From the NCBI GenBank assembly GCA_964016885.1, contig OZ024743.1, positions 171,182,001 to 171,246,000 on the forward strand: 64,000 nucleotides of DNA, in the 5' to 3' direction. This DNA is from Eledone cirrhosa. Its lineage: Eukaryota. The translations under genes were made by a program, and so were the position numbers. Positions 12,020-25,520 of this stretch are shown one piece after another. Position 1 is the stretch's first letter, and every line of letters starts with the position of its first letter. The notes beneath the pieces were generated by a model. The model was not told the DNA's origin. It saw only the letters and a list, made by a program, of their open reading frames with translations, and made no database searches.

Positions 12020-15000
12020 CTCTACAGCGTGATAGTGCCACGCTAAAATCACCGGGGGTGATCAAATCACTGGAGGTGATAAAATCACCGGTGGTTATGT
12101 AACCATACATTCACCAATCCTCGATAAGAGTGTTTAAATGTCGAACCTAAACAGTTCGAATAACGGTGAAGTGGAGACTGGAATGTCATGTGACAGACTC
12201 TCACCCAGCAGGTGCTCCCTGGCCCAGCAGCAGGGCCCTGGCTGTCATCCAAATACTGCTGGTGTTGGAGGAAGAAGAAGAAGGAAAGGGACCAGAACCA
12301 ACTGGACGAAAGAATTGAATAGAAGTTATGCAATGTTATCTGAAGAGTAACCCCAAGGAAAAAGGCTATAGGAAACGGATGCATAGCATCTGGAACGAGA
12401 TGGGTCTATTTAAATTAGATGAACAAAAATTGGCCGGGCAGGCTTGGGTAAATCGGGTAATAAGAACTAACGGGTGCATAAGCGAGCTGGAACTGGAGGA
12501 ACTCAGCAGAGAGATTAGATTGGAAATGGAGAGTGGAGTATGCCAGGCAAACGAGCCAGTGGGAGATGAAGGTGGAGAAGAGGTTGAGAGGAATGAGGAA
12601 GCATCCGAAGCAGACAATGATAGGAAAGAGTGCAAAAATTAGGCGATACGAGAGCAGAGTCAGTCAGTATAGACAGAACCGCATGTTTGACAACAACCAG
12701 AAGATGTTGTTTGGGCAGCTTGAAGGGAAAGAAAGAGGCAACGACTTGATCCCTGAGACGGAACAAACTAAGACATTCTGGAGAGGAATATGGGAGCAGG
12801 GTGTTGAACATAATGACCAGGCAGTGTGGATTGAGACAGTACAAAAGGAGATTAGTGAACAGGCACACCAACAAACTGATTTGAGTATCACAGTTGAAAC
12901 TCTTAAGGGGCAGGCCAGAAAACTAACCAACTGGAAATCACCAGGCCCAGATGGTGTGCAGGGGTATTGGATTAAAAATATAACATCTCTCCACCCGAAA
13001 CTGACAACCATGTTCAATGACTGCTTGATGTCAGGTGAGGTACCAGAGTGGTTGACAAAAGGTACCACAGTTCTGGTAATGAAAGACCGAACCAAGGGTA
13101 ATGATGTTACCAACTATAGACCTATCACATGTCTGTCCGTAATGTGGAAACTGTTGACGAGCATTTTGTCTGAGGAAATCTACCATCACCTCCACACAAA
13201 CAACTTGTTACCGGACGAACAGAAAGGATGCCTAAAGAAGTCCCGTGGTACAAAAGACCAGCTACTTATTGATAAGATGGTAATGAGGAATTGCAAGAGG
13301 AGACACACTGGTCTTTCCATGGAATGGATAGACTACAAAAAGGCATTCGACATGGTGTCTCATTCTTGGATCACCAAAAGCCTAGAGATCTTCAGGTTGG
13401 CAGATAACATTAAACAGTCGTTGAGCAAAAGTATGAAGTCCTGGAAAACAGAGTTAACATCGGGTGGAGAATCCTTGGGAGGCGTGAGGATCAAGAGAGG
13501 TATCTTCCAGGGAGATAGTTTGTCCCCTCTGTTGTTTGTCCTTGCCCTGATGCCCCTGACCATTATACTGCGAAAAGTGAGAGCAGGATACAAGTTGGGA
13601 AAGGGAGAGCTTACAATCAATCACCTCCACTTCATGGACGATCTTAAGCTCTTCGGGAAAAGTGAGAGGGAGGTGGATGTGCTTGTTGACACTGTCCGTA
13701 TTTTCAGCAATGATATATGTATGCAATTTGGTATTAGTAAGTGTGGAGTCCTTGTGATGAAGAGCGGTAAATTGAGCAGAATTAACGGAATCCAGGTACC
13801 AACAGGTGACATGATGAAGGAAATTTATGCTGAAGAGGGATACAAATATTTAGGTGTTCTGGAGGCTGGTGACATCAAGAACAAAAAAATGAAGGAACTG
13901 ATAAGATATGAATACATTCGGAGAGTAAGGAGCGTACTAAAATCACATCTGAACAATAGGAATGCCATAAGTGCAGTAAATTCCCGAGCTGTGTCTATTA
14001 TTAGGTACAGTGCAGGAATTCTGAGATGGAATGTTGCTGAACAAAAAGAAATGGATAGGAAGACTAGGAAGCTATTTACTATCTACAACATGTTCCACAA
14101 AAGGAGTGATGTCGATAGACTCTACTTAAGGAGATCTGAAGGTGGAAGAGGTCTTATCAGAATAGAGGACTGTGTTCAGATGGAGAAAAACAACCTACAC
14201 AAATACGTGACTGATAGTAGGGAGCCAATGCTCAGAATTTTACTGAAGGAGAGGACAATATACCAGGTGATGTCCAAGGAGGAAATAATAACAAGGAGAA
14301 AGAGCAACCTTCATGAAAAATCCATTCATAGTGCCTTCTTTGAGAAAACTGAATTTAGAGATCCACAGACATGGAACTGGTTGAAAAGAGGAGACCTTAA
14401 ATAGGCTACAGAAGGAATGCTAATGGCTGCGCAAGAGCAGGCCCTCAAAACGAAGTGGCTGAAACACCATATTGACAAGGATGAGGCTAGCCCACTGTGT
14501 AGGATCTATGGAGAGAGAGAGGAGACTGTGGCTCACATTGTATCCGAGTGTAAACACCTAGCCCAGACTCACTATAAAGGCTGGAGACATGATGTGACGG
14601 GCAGGGTGATCCACTGGCACCTATGCAATATAAACAATTTACCACATTCTGAGAAGTGGTATGAGCATAAGCCAGAGTCGGTGATAGAAAACGATCAGGT
14701 GAAGGTACTGTGGGATTTTAGGATACAGACGGACAAGAAACTGGAACACAATAGTCCTGACCTGGTGATTGTGGACAAGGGAAAAGATCGTGCCTGATTG
14801 TGGATGTGGCCTGCCCATTCCACACGGGAGTGCAAGAGAAGGTGAGGGAGAAAATTAACCGATACCAGGATTTAAAGTTGGAGGTAAAAAGGATTTGGAA
14901 CTGCAATGAGGTCAAAGTGGTCCCGATTGTCATAGGCGCACTAGGTACTATCTCAAAGAGTTTCCAAGGATGGTTAAAGAAAATTGGTCCCGCCCCGCTT

Positions 15001-15160
15001 TTTGGAACACTTCAAAAGGCATGCTTGCTGGGAACAGCAAGAACCCTCCGATACGTCCTGAATATCTGAGGCTGCAGGTAGTGGCTTGATATTCATTTCA
15101 ACAAACTTTCCAGTTAAATAACATCAATGACTTAGACTCAAAGAACAATAATAATAATAA
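12020..15160 (+). mobile_element. R4/Dong-type LINE, copy 2 (retains the N-terminal region; internal deletion near 12625)
   Basis: N-terminal RTNWTKELN...GYRKRMHSIW. RT ORF 12533-14404. CCHC and RLE fragments. Same 3' end and (TAA)n tail as copy 1. Confidence 0.9.
12533..14404 (+). pseudogene. R4/Dong RT domain, longest open stretch (623 aa)
   Basis: [46 protein letters not shown]. Stop before the CCHC/RLE region. Confidence 0.85.
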
Positions 15161-15244
15161 TTGTTTCTACTTTAAGCACAAGGCCAGCAATTACCCAGTG
15201 CATTACTGGGTAATTGCTGGCCTTGTGCCTAAATTAGAAACAAT
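15160..15244. repeat. Palindrome made from the 3' end of the local SINE, embedded in (TAA)n
   Basis: TTGTTTCTACTTTAAGCACAAGGCCAGCAATTACCCAGT followed by its near-perfect reverse complement. Same sequence as 25480-25520. Confidence 0.8.
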
Positions 15245-15267
15245 AATAATAATAATAATAATAATGA

Positions 15268-18200
15268 TTTCTTTATTGGCCACAAGGGCTGACTTCAAGA
15301 AAAACATTACAGACGGCACACAATGGTACAGGACGATACGAAGTTGGTTTTGGCTGTGTAAAAAAGGTTATAACAAGAAGATAGAAATATCAAAAAAATT
15401 CAAACAACAAAAATTCCCCAATAGGGGGGAAACTTCCAAGAGTCACTCGTGGCGAAAACCACACAAAAGACCACGGCCACCCTGACCAGTTTTCCACTCA
15501 GTCTACAGGCGTATACTTAGAGCGGGCCCGTTCACTCGGACCAGACTCGCCACTTTCACCCACCTTTCAACAAACTTACTAGAAGACAGCACCTGTCTCC
15601 CCACCCTGATTTTCCTCTTCAAGTGAAATTTGAAAAAGGTAATCAGGGATTCGCCGAAGAGGAAAGTGTCTGTCTTCAATCCTTTCAGCCTTGTCCACCA
15701 TACAATCTCTTTCGCCATGGCCACCAGGCAGATGAAAACTGCCTGCCCATCCTCCTGTAAGGAGGACGGCGGGGCTATCTGCACAATGAACTCAGTCGAT
15801 AACCGGGTCCGTCCTACACGTGACAGCAAATGTTCAACATAGCTCCACAAGTCAGCAATGTTCGGACACTGAACGAGTGCGTGCACAACAGTTTCGTCGT
15901 TCTGTGCGCATCTCGGATAGGCTCGGCTGACGGCACTTCCGTGCCTGTAGAGCTTATCTCGAACCGGCAACGTTCCCCGGTTGCACTGTCAGGCCAGGGA
16001 TTTCTGGAAGTTGTCCATAGGCCTCGGGCTGAAAGTTCTCTTGAAGAAAGCGAACAGCAGATCGTCTTCGACGCCCAGGGTCTTCCCGAGAACGACGTCA
16101 CACTTCTCCACTAGTCCTCTACAGAACGCCGAGGTGGATGTTCCACTGGTAGTAGTGCCCAGCTGGTAGAAGGATGTGAGCGCTTGGAGACATTCCAGCT
16201 TCCAAGCGCTATCTCTCTGTCTTTTCCTGATCCAGAACTGCAGCTCCGTTAATGAGATGAGCTGGGGAAAAAACACGTCTGGAAATGGTGACCACACCTG
16301 TTCACCGCCAAGGAAGCACCAGAGATGTCGCAGACTCAGCACGTGTTTGCGCATTATCAGCCACGGCATTGCCCAGCCCTCCACGCAACGGGTATTGACA
16401 GCAGATGGATCGTCTGACCACGGGAACACGTCCCTTCCATAAAAACCAGAAGAGGAAGCGCTCCATTTTTTCAGAATTGAGCCGGTGCAAGGTACAACGG
16501 TTAGGCGGTAGCAGATGACGGATGCGAAGAACGCATACGCCACCTATGCCCGACCCTTCAGGGACAGCTATTTCTCTCGGCCCATTTCTGGGTGAGAGGG
16601 GCCACCCTGTTCGTCATCTCGCTCCAGTTTCTCTCCATCTGGAGGTCTGGACCGAACCAGACCCCGAGCAGTTTAACCGGTCCTTCCGTCCAGCGCCCCA
16701 CAACGCTGTCGGGCGGCGTGGACTTTCCTCTCCAGGTGCTGAGCCATAAGCCCACCGACTTTTTCTGGTTTAACTGTCACTGTTTCATATTCCTTGAGAG
16801 CGGTGCCGAGCATCTGGACATGTCCGGTGCTTGACACCACCACGGTGACGTCGTCGGCGTAAGCCGATACGGATCTCCCACACCCCAGTTCAGGTGGGAC
16901 GTCTTATCGCTTCCAATTTGTGCAGTAACGGCTCTAGGGCCAATACGTACAAGAGTGACGAGACGGGACAACCCTGGCGGACCGAGCGCATGATGCTGAA
17001 CGGCTGTGACAGGTGACCGTTCACCTTCACAACTAAGCAGATGTCTCTGTGCATCGCAGCGATCCAACTCCTGAAAATGGGCCTGAAACCAGCCGCCCCG
17101 AGCACCGCCGCCAGGTACTGATGGTCGACCCTATCAAATGCCTTAGATTGATCTAAGTTTATCAGGGTCCCATCCGTGCCAGGTTCATTAATCACCCACT
17201 CTATGATATCGCATGAGGTGCAGAATGTCGTGGATGGATCTGTCTTGGATGGCGCATGTCTGCGCCTCTCGTACCAGATTACCAATGACAAGCGCCAATC
17301 TCGTTACTATCACCTTGGCCAAATTCTTGAAATCTGTGTTTAAAGGGATTATGGGCCTGAAGTTGTCCATAACTTCCCCTTTGTCCGGGTCTATTCTCAA
17401 CAGCGCCACCACTCCCCGGCTCACAAAACTGGGAATGCTCCCTTCCTGCTGTTAGTTGCAGTAGACGTCTGCCAAGAGGTCGCCGAACAAGTCTGGCATG
17501 TCCGCATAAAGGTCGAAGGGCAGACCATCCAAACCTGGCGATTTACTCCTCGTGCAGTCAGACATCGCTTCCCGTATTTCACCTGCTGTTACCGGCTTTT
17601 TGCAATACTGCACTGCGTTCGTCGAGGGCTGCGGCAGACCCTCGAGTTATGCACTGAAATTCATACTCGATCGGAGTATGGCCCGCTGCCGTTCCCAAAC
17701 AGTTGAGCAAAGTACTGTTGTAAAGCCTCACACATCTGCTCGGGTTCGAGTAACATGTGCTTGTTTTGGTCAGGCAAGGATTGAATTGTGGCTTTGTTGA
17801 CACGTCGCGCCTCCATTACCCGGGCCCATTGGACAGCTTTTGTCCCCTCGTGTCTCAGAGCACGCGCTCTAGCTCTGACAACGCAGCCTTCGTGCTTTGC
17901 ATTGAAGAATTGGTCGAGTGCCAATCTTGCCGCAAGCACGTCGGTTGCGATGCCTGTCCTAAACGCCTCTTCTAGCTTTCTAAGTAGCTCTCCTTTTACT
18001 CTATTTTACGCTATCTTAACTCCTTTGCTAAACCTTATTAATTCTACTCTATTGCCCTTTTCAGGGTAAACCACCACCTGTTGTTGACGATCGCACCCGT
18101 CAACGCCCGCTTAACTAATTCGCTTAGCCGGTCTCTGTAAGCTTTGCGCGCCGGGAAAGACGCGTTCAGCTTCCAGTAACAGGGTCCTTACCTATGAAGT

Positions 18201-19830
18201 CTATCTAAGTCAACTTCATATATCACAAATTTGTGGTCCGAGTAGCCGACTACTTTAAATTGTGGACAACCTACGCTAGCGTTATTTGTTTCCCTACAGT
18301 GTAGGGAATTTGTGTAGGGCCTACAGAATACCCTATCTAGATACGATTTGGATGACCCGATGCGGTTTGCCCATGTCCATATTGGCACATTCGGATAATC
18401 CAGTCGATACCTGTCAGGCAGTTAAAAACGTCTGAGCAGGTTGGCGAGGCTTTTACATCCTCCTCCCTTATTTACTAGCCCCACATAACCCCAGCGTGCA
18501 TCTAAGATACCGTTCCAGTCACCCACTAACACTAAAGAGCGGGACGTTCCAAGAAAGGTCTCTAGACGTCTGAAGAAATCTAGCCGTCCTGCCCCTATTT
18601 GGGCGTAGACGGCCTGAAAGCATTGCCTTCGCTGCCTGTCACGTCCAGTACCACCGACTTACCTTCTGGGTCTAGGAAGAATGGCCCGTATGGCGAGATC
18701 CAAGCCTCTCCGAAAAAGCACAGTAACTCCCCCCCCCCCCCCGCTTCCGGACGGCTGGTAGCTGCGTATACATCGTAGCCGCCGAAGATCGGTGCGAAGT
18801 CTCGTGCCTCGGAAATTCTGGTCTCGCTGATGGTCACCACATCTATGTTTAGTGACCTGATATCGTTAAGCGGGTGGCCCTGCTTCCAAGATTACCCCAG
18901 GCCACGTACATTTATACTGCCTATTCTAAGTAAAGCCATGTTGGGTGAGGAATGGAGTAAGTGAGAAAGGATCACCTACCCTGATCGTGTGGGAAAGGGA
19001 CAGTCGAACCGTCACTTTTGCTGGTCATGGGTGTCTCCAAGATGATGTCAGTGAATATCCTCTTGGTAACCGACCCTCTGAAGTCTCCAACTGCGTTGTG
19101 GAATTTTTCTTTTAAATGTTTATAATCTATTTTAATTTCAATAATGGTTATATTTTTCGGGAAAGTTCTTGGTGTTTGTGGGGTGTAGTAATGTTTGTCT
19201 GTAATGTCTGTGTGCTGCTTTATATGTTCTAAGAGTTCTTTATTTGCCATGTTTATGGCTGTGTAATGTATTTTGGCGGGTTTGGTTTTGTTACTGTTTT
19301 CTTGTTGCTGCTGTTGAGTATGTTTGTCTTGTTGTGTTTGCGATGTTGATGTTTGTGGTGATGATGGTGGTGGTTGTTGGTGGTGATCGTGGTGGCGTTG
19401 CTTGTTTGTTTGCTTCGCTTTTGGAGGGTGAAGCTAAGGGGTCTTTTCTTTTTTCTTTTTTGTGGCACACTGTTTGCCACTTCACTCCCGCCTCAGACAC
19501 TATGTCGGATTCCGTGGCGTCTGGGAGGGGTATATGCTCCACGGCTGTTGGTGGTGGTAGTGGAGCCATCTCCGACGATTTTGTTGCTGGTGCAGCTACT
19601 ACAAATGTAGTTACTGTTGTTGCCGCCACTGCTGCTGCTGTTTTAGTTGTCTGTGGCCTTGGTATGGGTGCCACGGAGTTGCCCTCCTACTCACCGTGGA
19701 AGGGTCTTCTGCATTTGTTGCCTGCTTGGCTCTTGGTAGCAGCGGACCAGGCATTAGAAGGAGGGGGGGGCTTCTTCTTCGCTGTCTTCTGCGGGCAAAA
19801 GGCCCTGAGGTGACCCAGCAATTATTCCAG
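15268..19830 (-). mobile_element. Tx1/L1-clade LINE, nearly complete but degenerate (ORF1 remnant; ORF2 from ATG 18939 with APE endonuclease and RT)
   Basis: APE motifs SINVRGL, VGDWN, SYLDR, YSDH. RT NFRPI, LDQSKAFDRV, SVRQGCP, YADD. C-terminal Cys/His region RC..ETVVH..C. Confidence 0.88.
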
Positions 19831-19940
19831 TGTATTACTGGTACTTTATTTTATCGACCCCGTAAGGCCAGCAATTTTTTTGGGGGGGAGGAGGGAAAAG
19901 TCGATGAAATTGACCCCAGTGCGTGACTGGTACTTTATCC
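19831..19940 (-). mobile_element. SINE fragments
   Basis: TACTGGTACTTTATTTTATCGACCCC is the reverse complement of the SINE body at about 25450-25478. Confidence 0.7.
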
Positions 19941-20269
19941 AGCCGTATAATAATGAAAATTATAGAACAGAACACAGACAAAAACAAACGCAACATCAAA
20001 AGAAAAACAAAATTCAAAAGTTTTGAACGCAACACCCCTACCTCCCTCGTTGCTATGACTACGAGCTTAGCGTAGCTAAAACAACAGCAGCAGCAACAAC
20101 AACACTAGTAACCGATGTTACTGGCTTTGAAAAACAAAAAAGGAAACAACAAAGTCAGACATTCAAACATTACAATGACACCCACCCACTCCACCACCAC
20201 CGCCACTACCACTACTACCATCGAAAAATGAATATGAAAATGATAATGATTTGTTGATGTTGATGGTAG

Positions 20270-23123
20270 TGATAGTGGAAAGCCTATGAACCTAAGATAT
20301 GTAGACAGGAAAAAGTTAAAAGAAACGACAGCTAAGGTAAACAAGGTCATCCCATACCTTGAGGTGAAGAACCTTCACCAATGCTACAACAAGAAAGATC
20401 AGAACCTTGGTGGAAGAAACAACTCAATGGTCAAATCAAGGAAATAAGAAAAGTCAGTGGAAAGCTTGAGTCCCTACTGAATGGGACATTACAAAACATA
20501 GACACTAAATATATAAGGAAAATAAAATACAAAACTATGGGAAAAGAGCTAAATGTTATCGTAGAGGAACTGAAGCAACGCATTGTAGCAAAAAATGCAA
20601 AGATTAGGCGGTATGAGAACAGAGTTAGTCAGTATAGACAGAACTGCATGTTTGACAACAACCAGAAGATGTTGTTTGAACAGCTTGAAGGAAAAGAAAG
20701 AGGTAACGACGTGCTTCCTGAGGCTGAACAGACTAAGATATTCTGGAGAGGAATATGGGAGCAGGATGTTGAACATAATGATCAGGCAGTGTGGATTGAG
20801 ACAGTTCAAAAGGAGATTAGTGAACAAGCACACAAACAACCTGATTAGAGTATCACTCCTGAAACTCTTAAAGGGTAGTCAAAAAAACTATCCAACTGGA
20901 AACCACCAGGCCCAGATGGTGTGCAAGGATATTGGATTAAAAATATAACATCCCTCCATCCAAAACTGACAGCCATGTTCAATGACTGCTTAATGTCGGG
21001 TGAAGTACCAGAGTGGTTGACAAAAGGTACCACAGTTCTGGTAATGAAAGACCGAATCAAGGGTAATTAGGTTACCAACTATAGACCTATCACATGTCTG
21101 TCCGTAATGTGGAAACTGTTAACAAGCATTGTATCTGAAGAAATCTACCATCACCTCCACACAAACAACTTGCTACCGGACGAACAGAAAGGATGCCGAA
21201 ATTCGTCCCGTGGTATAAAAGACCAGTTACTTATTGATAAGATGGTAATGAGGAATTGCAAGAGGAGGCATACTGGTCTTGCCATGGGATGGATAGATTA
21301 CAAAAAGGCATTCGACAGGGTTCCTAATTCTTGGTTAACTAAAAGCCTAGAGATCTTCAAGGTGGCAGACAACATCAGACAGCTATTAAGTAAAAGTATT
21401 AAGTCCTGGGAAACAGAGCTAACATCAGGTGTGGAATCTTTGGGAGGCGTGAAGATCAAGATGTATCTTCCAGGCAGATAGTTTGTCCCCTTTGTGGTTT
21501 GTCCTTACCCTCATACCCTTGTCCCTCATATTGCGAAAAGTGAGAGCAGGATACAAGCTGGGAAGAGGAGAGCTTACCATCAACCACCTCTTCTTCATGG
21601 ACGATCTTAAACTCTTTGGGAAGAGTGAGAAGGAGTTGGATGTACTTGTTGACACTGTCCGTATTTTCAGCAATGATATATGTATGGAATTTGGTATTAA
21701 TAAGTGTGGAGTCCTAGTGATGAAGAGGGGTAAATTGAGCAGAAGCAACGGAATCCAGGTACCAACAGGTGAGATGATAAAGGAAATTGACATTAAAGAG
21801 GGATACAAATATTTATGTGTTCTGGAGGCAGATGACATCAAGAACAAAAAGATGAAGGAATTGATAAGATCTGAATACATAAGGAGAGTAAGGAACATAC
21901 TAAAATCACATCTAAATAGTAGGATTGTCATAAGTGCAGTAAATATCCGATCTGTGTCTATTATTATGTACAGTGCTGGAATTCTGAAATGGAATGTTAC
22001 TGAACAAAAAGAAATGGATAGGAAGACTAGGAAGCTAATGACTATCTACAACATGTTCCACTAGAGGAGTGATGTTGATAGACTCTACTTAAATAGATCT
22101 GAACGTGAAAGAGGTCTTATCAGCATAGAGGACTGTGTTCAGATGGAGAAAAACAGTCTGCATATATATGTGTCTGACAGTAGGGAACCAATGCTCCGAA
22201 TTGTACTGAAGGAGAGGACAATAGACCAGGGGATGTCCAAGGAAGAAATAACAGCAAGGAGGAAGAGCAACCTTCATGAAAAATCACTTCATAGCACCTT
22301 CTTTAAGAAAACGGAATTCAGAGATCCACAGACATGGAACTTGTTAAAAGGAGGAGACCTTAAAAAAACTACAGAAGGAATGCTAATGGCTGCACAAGAG
22401 CGAAGTGGCCTTCAGAACGAATTGGCTGAAACACCATATTGACAAGGAGTCTAGCTCACTGTGTAGGATCTGTGGAGAGAGAGAGGAGACTGTGGCTCAC
22501 ATTGTATCCGAGTGTAAATACCTAGTCCAGACTCAGTATAAAGGCTGGAGACATATAATAGGAAATGTGATTCACTGGCATCTATGCAAACTAAACAATT
22601 TACCACATTCTGAGAAGTGGTATGAGCATAAGCCAGTGGTATGAGCATAAGCCAGACTCAGTGAAGGTGCTATGGGATTCCAGGATACAAATGAACAAGA
22701 AATTAGAACACAATAGGCTTGATCTGGTGGTCTTTGACAAGGAAAAACATCGTACCTGATTGTAGATTAGCCTGCCCATTTGACACGACAGTGCAAAAAA
22801 AGGATAAGGAGAAAATTAACCGATACCGGGATTTAAAGTGGGAGTTAAAAGGATTTGGGACTGTCATGAGATCAAGGTCGTCCCGATTGTCATAGGAGCG
22901 CTAGGTACTATCGCAAAATGTTTTCAAGGATGGTTAAAGAATATTAGTCCAGCCCCGTTTTTTGGAACACTTCAAAAGGCATGCTGGGTACAGCAAGAAC
23001 CCTCCGATACGTCCTGAATATCTGAGGCTGCAGGTAGCGGCTTGGTGTATATTTAAACAAACATTCCAGTTAAATAACATCAATGACTGAGATTCAAAGA
23101 ACAACAACAATAATAATAATAAT
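20270..23123 (+). mobile_element. R4/Dong-type LINE, copy 3 (more decayed, 5'-truncated)
   Basis: Same RT/CCHC/RLE fragments and 3' end as copies 1 and 2. (CAA)/(TAA) tail. Confidence 0.9.
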
Positions 23124-23187
23124 TATGTTTCTTCTTTTGGTACAAGGCCAGCGATTACCCCAGTGCATGACTGGTCCTTTTTATATA

Positions 23188-23258
<71 letters not shown>

Positions 23259-23306
23259 ATAATTATAAATAAAATAACAGGAGGCTGGACTGGGGTAAAT
23301 CCTTGA

Positions 23307-23366
23307 AATACTATGATCATTTCAATGACCGGGTTCCGTATGAATCCGGTGATATCATCAGGCATT
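23307..23366 (-). ncRNA. Type I hammerhead ribozyme (family A)
   Basis: Minus strand reads AATGC-CTGATGA-TATCACCGG...CCGGTCATT-GAAA-TGATCA-TA-GTATT. Confidence 0.8.
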
Positions 23367-23754
23367 CGAAATATAACAAAGGAACATAACAGATAAAATC
23401 CATGGGTCCGAAAATCCAAGACAAAGAGGACGACTGATCAACTAGTTGCTTTCACCTCGGCCAGTCACCCTCAAGTGATGGCTACTCGGTCTACTACTGA
23501 CCATCTGATGAGGGGGGCGAAGGCTTATGATGTACTACCACCTCTCCGTCAAAGTAAAAAAAAAAAAAAAAGAAAGAAAGAAAGAAGAAAATTCAGCGTA
23601 AGTGTCACACTACAGTCAGGCTAGAAATCGCCGCGAAAAATGTTTTTCCAAAGAATATATATCTTAACAGAGGCATATATAGTGGCGTCTATATGGTATA
23701 ATGTGTGAACAGAAAATTGGAACGTGAAACTTGTTTAGAGTTATAGGATGAAAT

Positions 23755-23930
23755 TAAATTAAAAATTAAAAATTAAAAATTAAAAATTAAAAATTAAAAA
23801 TTAAAAATTAAAAATTAAAAATTAAAAATTAAAAATTAAAAATTAAAAATTAAAAATTAAAAATTAAAAATTAAAAATTAAAAATTAAAAATTAAAAATA
23901 AAAAAATTAAAAATTAAAAAATAAAAAATT
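23755..23930. repeat. (AAAATT)n-type expansion inside family A
   Basis: Direct reading. Much shorter in the sister copy at about 26300-26345. Confidence 0.9.
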
Positions 23931-25328
23931 CTTAAAAATTAAAGGTTTTGTTGCGAGATTTATTGAATGAAGTTACACAGAGAGAGTCTTATATGAAAAA
24001 GTTTAAGTGTATTATAGGGAATCTCGATAAGTTATCAGGGTGGAATATAGAGTAAAGATTAAAGCCTTCGATTGTATATCCCAGCCAGCACCCCTTAACC
24101 AACGTGTCAGCCAGTTTTGAGTGGTATCGTCTAGCGAAAGAAACGGTAATACATTTTTCCGAGTACTCTAGGGACGTAACTGCCTTATGCTCCGGGTGTG
24201 CTAGCGGGAAGTCTACCATCTTCGACAGGCCATCGTCTATACCAAACGAATACCATTAATTCACACAGGAGGGGTTTATTTACATGCCAGTAGAGGGAGG
24301 CATGATACAGCTAACAGTTATGCTTAGGCCTAGAGTTAATGGCCTTCAAAACAGGCTCGGCGAGCCCCGGGGCAAAGCGACCCGCTCCGAGTAATTTCGT
24401 TTACCGAAAGAGGGGAAATTTATTTTTCCAAGCACTCAAGGAAGGCTGAACTACCCGAGCGCCCGGCGCGCAGCCGGGAAAGCCACCACATCAGTCGAAA
24501 GTGTTAAAACCCGATGAAATGCGCCAATAGACTATATCTAAGTCCTAATTAGTCCGGGTTATAAGTAGTGTGGTTCTTTGGTTGGTAGGGTTCTATGATA
24601 GGTGCATAATGAGAGTAAAACCTGAGTAAAGGGAACAATAAGCAGAAAAGCACAATAAATAAAAGCAGAATACATACATAAAATACAAAGATAAAGATAC
24701 ATTAATAAAAATACATTAATAAAAGTAAAATACATAAATAAAACGCCATCATAGCTAGGGTAGTGATGTAGTAAGACGGAATTATATAAGAACATATCGG
24801 AGGAATCAAAGCAAAGGGGAAATACAATATAGATCAAGTTGGAGTTAGATAATACAAGGTTATACAAATAGATATAGAGGATGGAAGAGATGGAATGGTA
24901 TCAGGTGGTACCTAGTGTCTGTTCGGGTCTCAGAATTTAGTGTGAATCACAAAAGCCCTGAAGTATAGGGTAGAGAATTCAGTCAATACAATACATGTTA
25001 TAGTAGAATTTTGTCGGAGTCCGAATATTCCTGACAGGGAAGCAGCATTGGATCGGGTGGGCGGTGGACAAAGCACAGAGAAGCCACAATCCGAAAGGTA
25101 AGTAGATCAGTCAATCCCATGTGGCGATAGCTGTACACTGAAGTCAGTGCCACTGTTCATTATTACATCTGAAAGTGCTCAACATTTCTGGAGCATTATT
25201 TATTTAGGTTTGTTGGCTCACCACAGGATAGAATTGGTCATTCCGTATCTTGATGTAACATTATGGAGAGTACTCAACGTATATGACGGCGTTTTATTTA
25301 TGTATTTTACTTTTATTAATGTATTTTT

Positions 25329-25520
25329 ATCAATGAGGCGGTTGATTGGCAGTATCGGTAGAGGGTCGGACGCCATGCTTTCCAGCATAGTTACGTCCCT
25401 TTACGATCTGAGTTCAAATCCCACCGAGGTTAACTTTGCCTTTCATCCTTACGGGGTCGATAAAATAAAGTACCAGTAATGCACTGGGTAATTGCTGGCC
25501 TTGTGCCTAAAGTAGAAACA
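25329..25520 (+). mobile_element. tRNA-derived SINE with a 13-bp target-site duplication
   Basis: A-box-like TGGCAGTATCGG and B-box GTTCAAATCC. ATTAATGTATTTT at 25315 and 25521. Absent from the homologous position in copy 1 (about 24710). Confidence 0.85.

Larger units (their letters stand above)
23260..25190 (-). mobile_element. Non-coding hammerhead-bearing repeat family A, copy 1 (probable PLE 3' region or non-autonomous PLE)
   Basis: Reverse-complement match to 25281-26860 and 50470-51530. No ORF. Flanked by (TA)n. Confidence 0.75.

Noticed and set aside
12020-12137. Possible HDV-like ribozyme in the Dong 5' UTR (ATCACC..GGTGAT hairpin repeats)
   Set aside because: Short repeated hairpins are visible, but I could not assign the nested double pseudoknot by eye.
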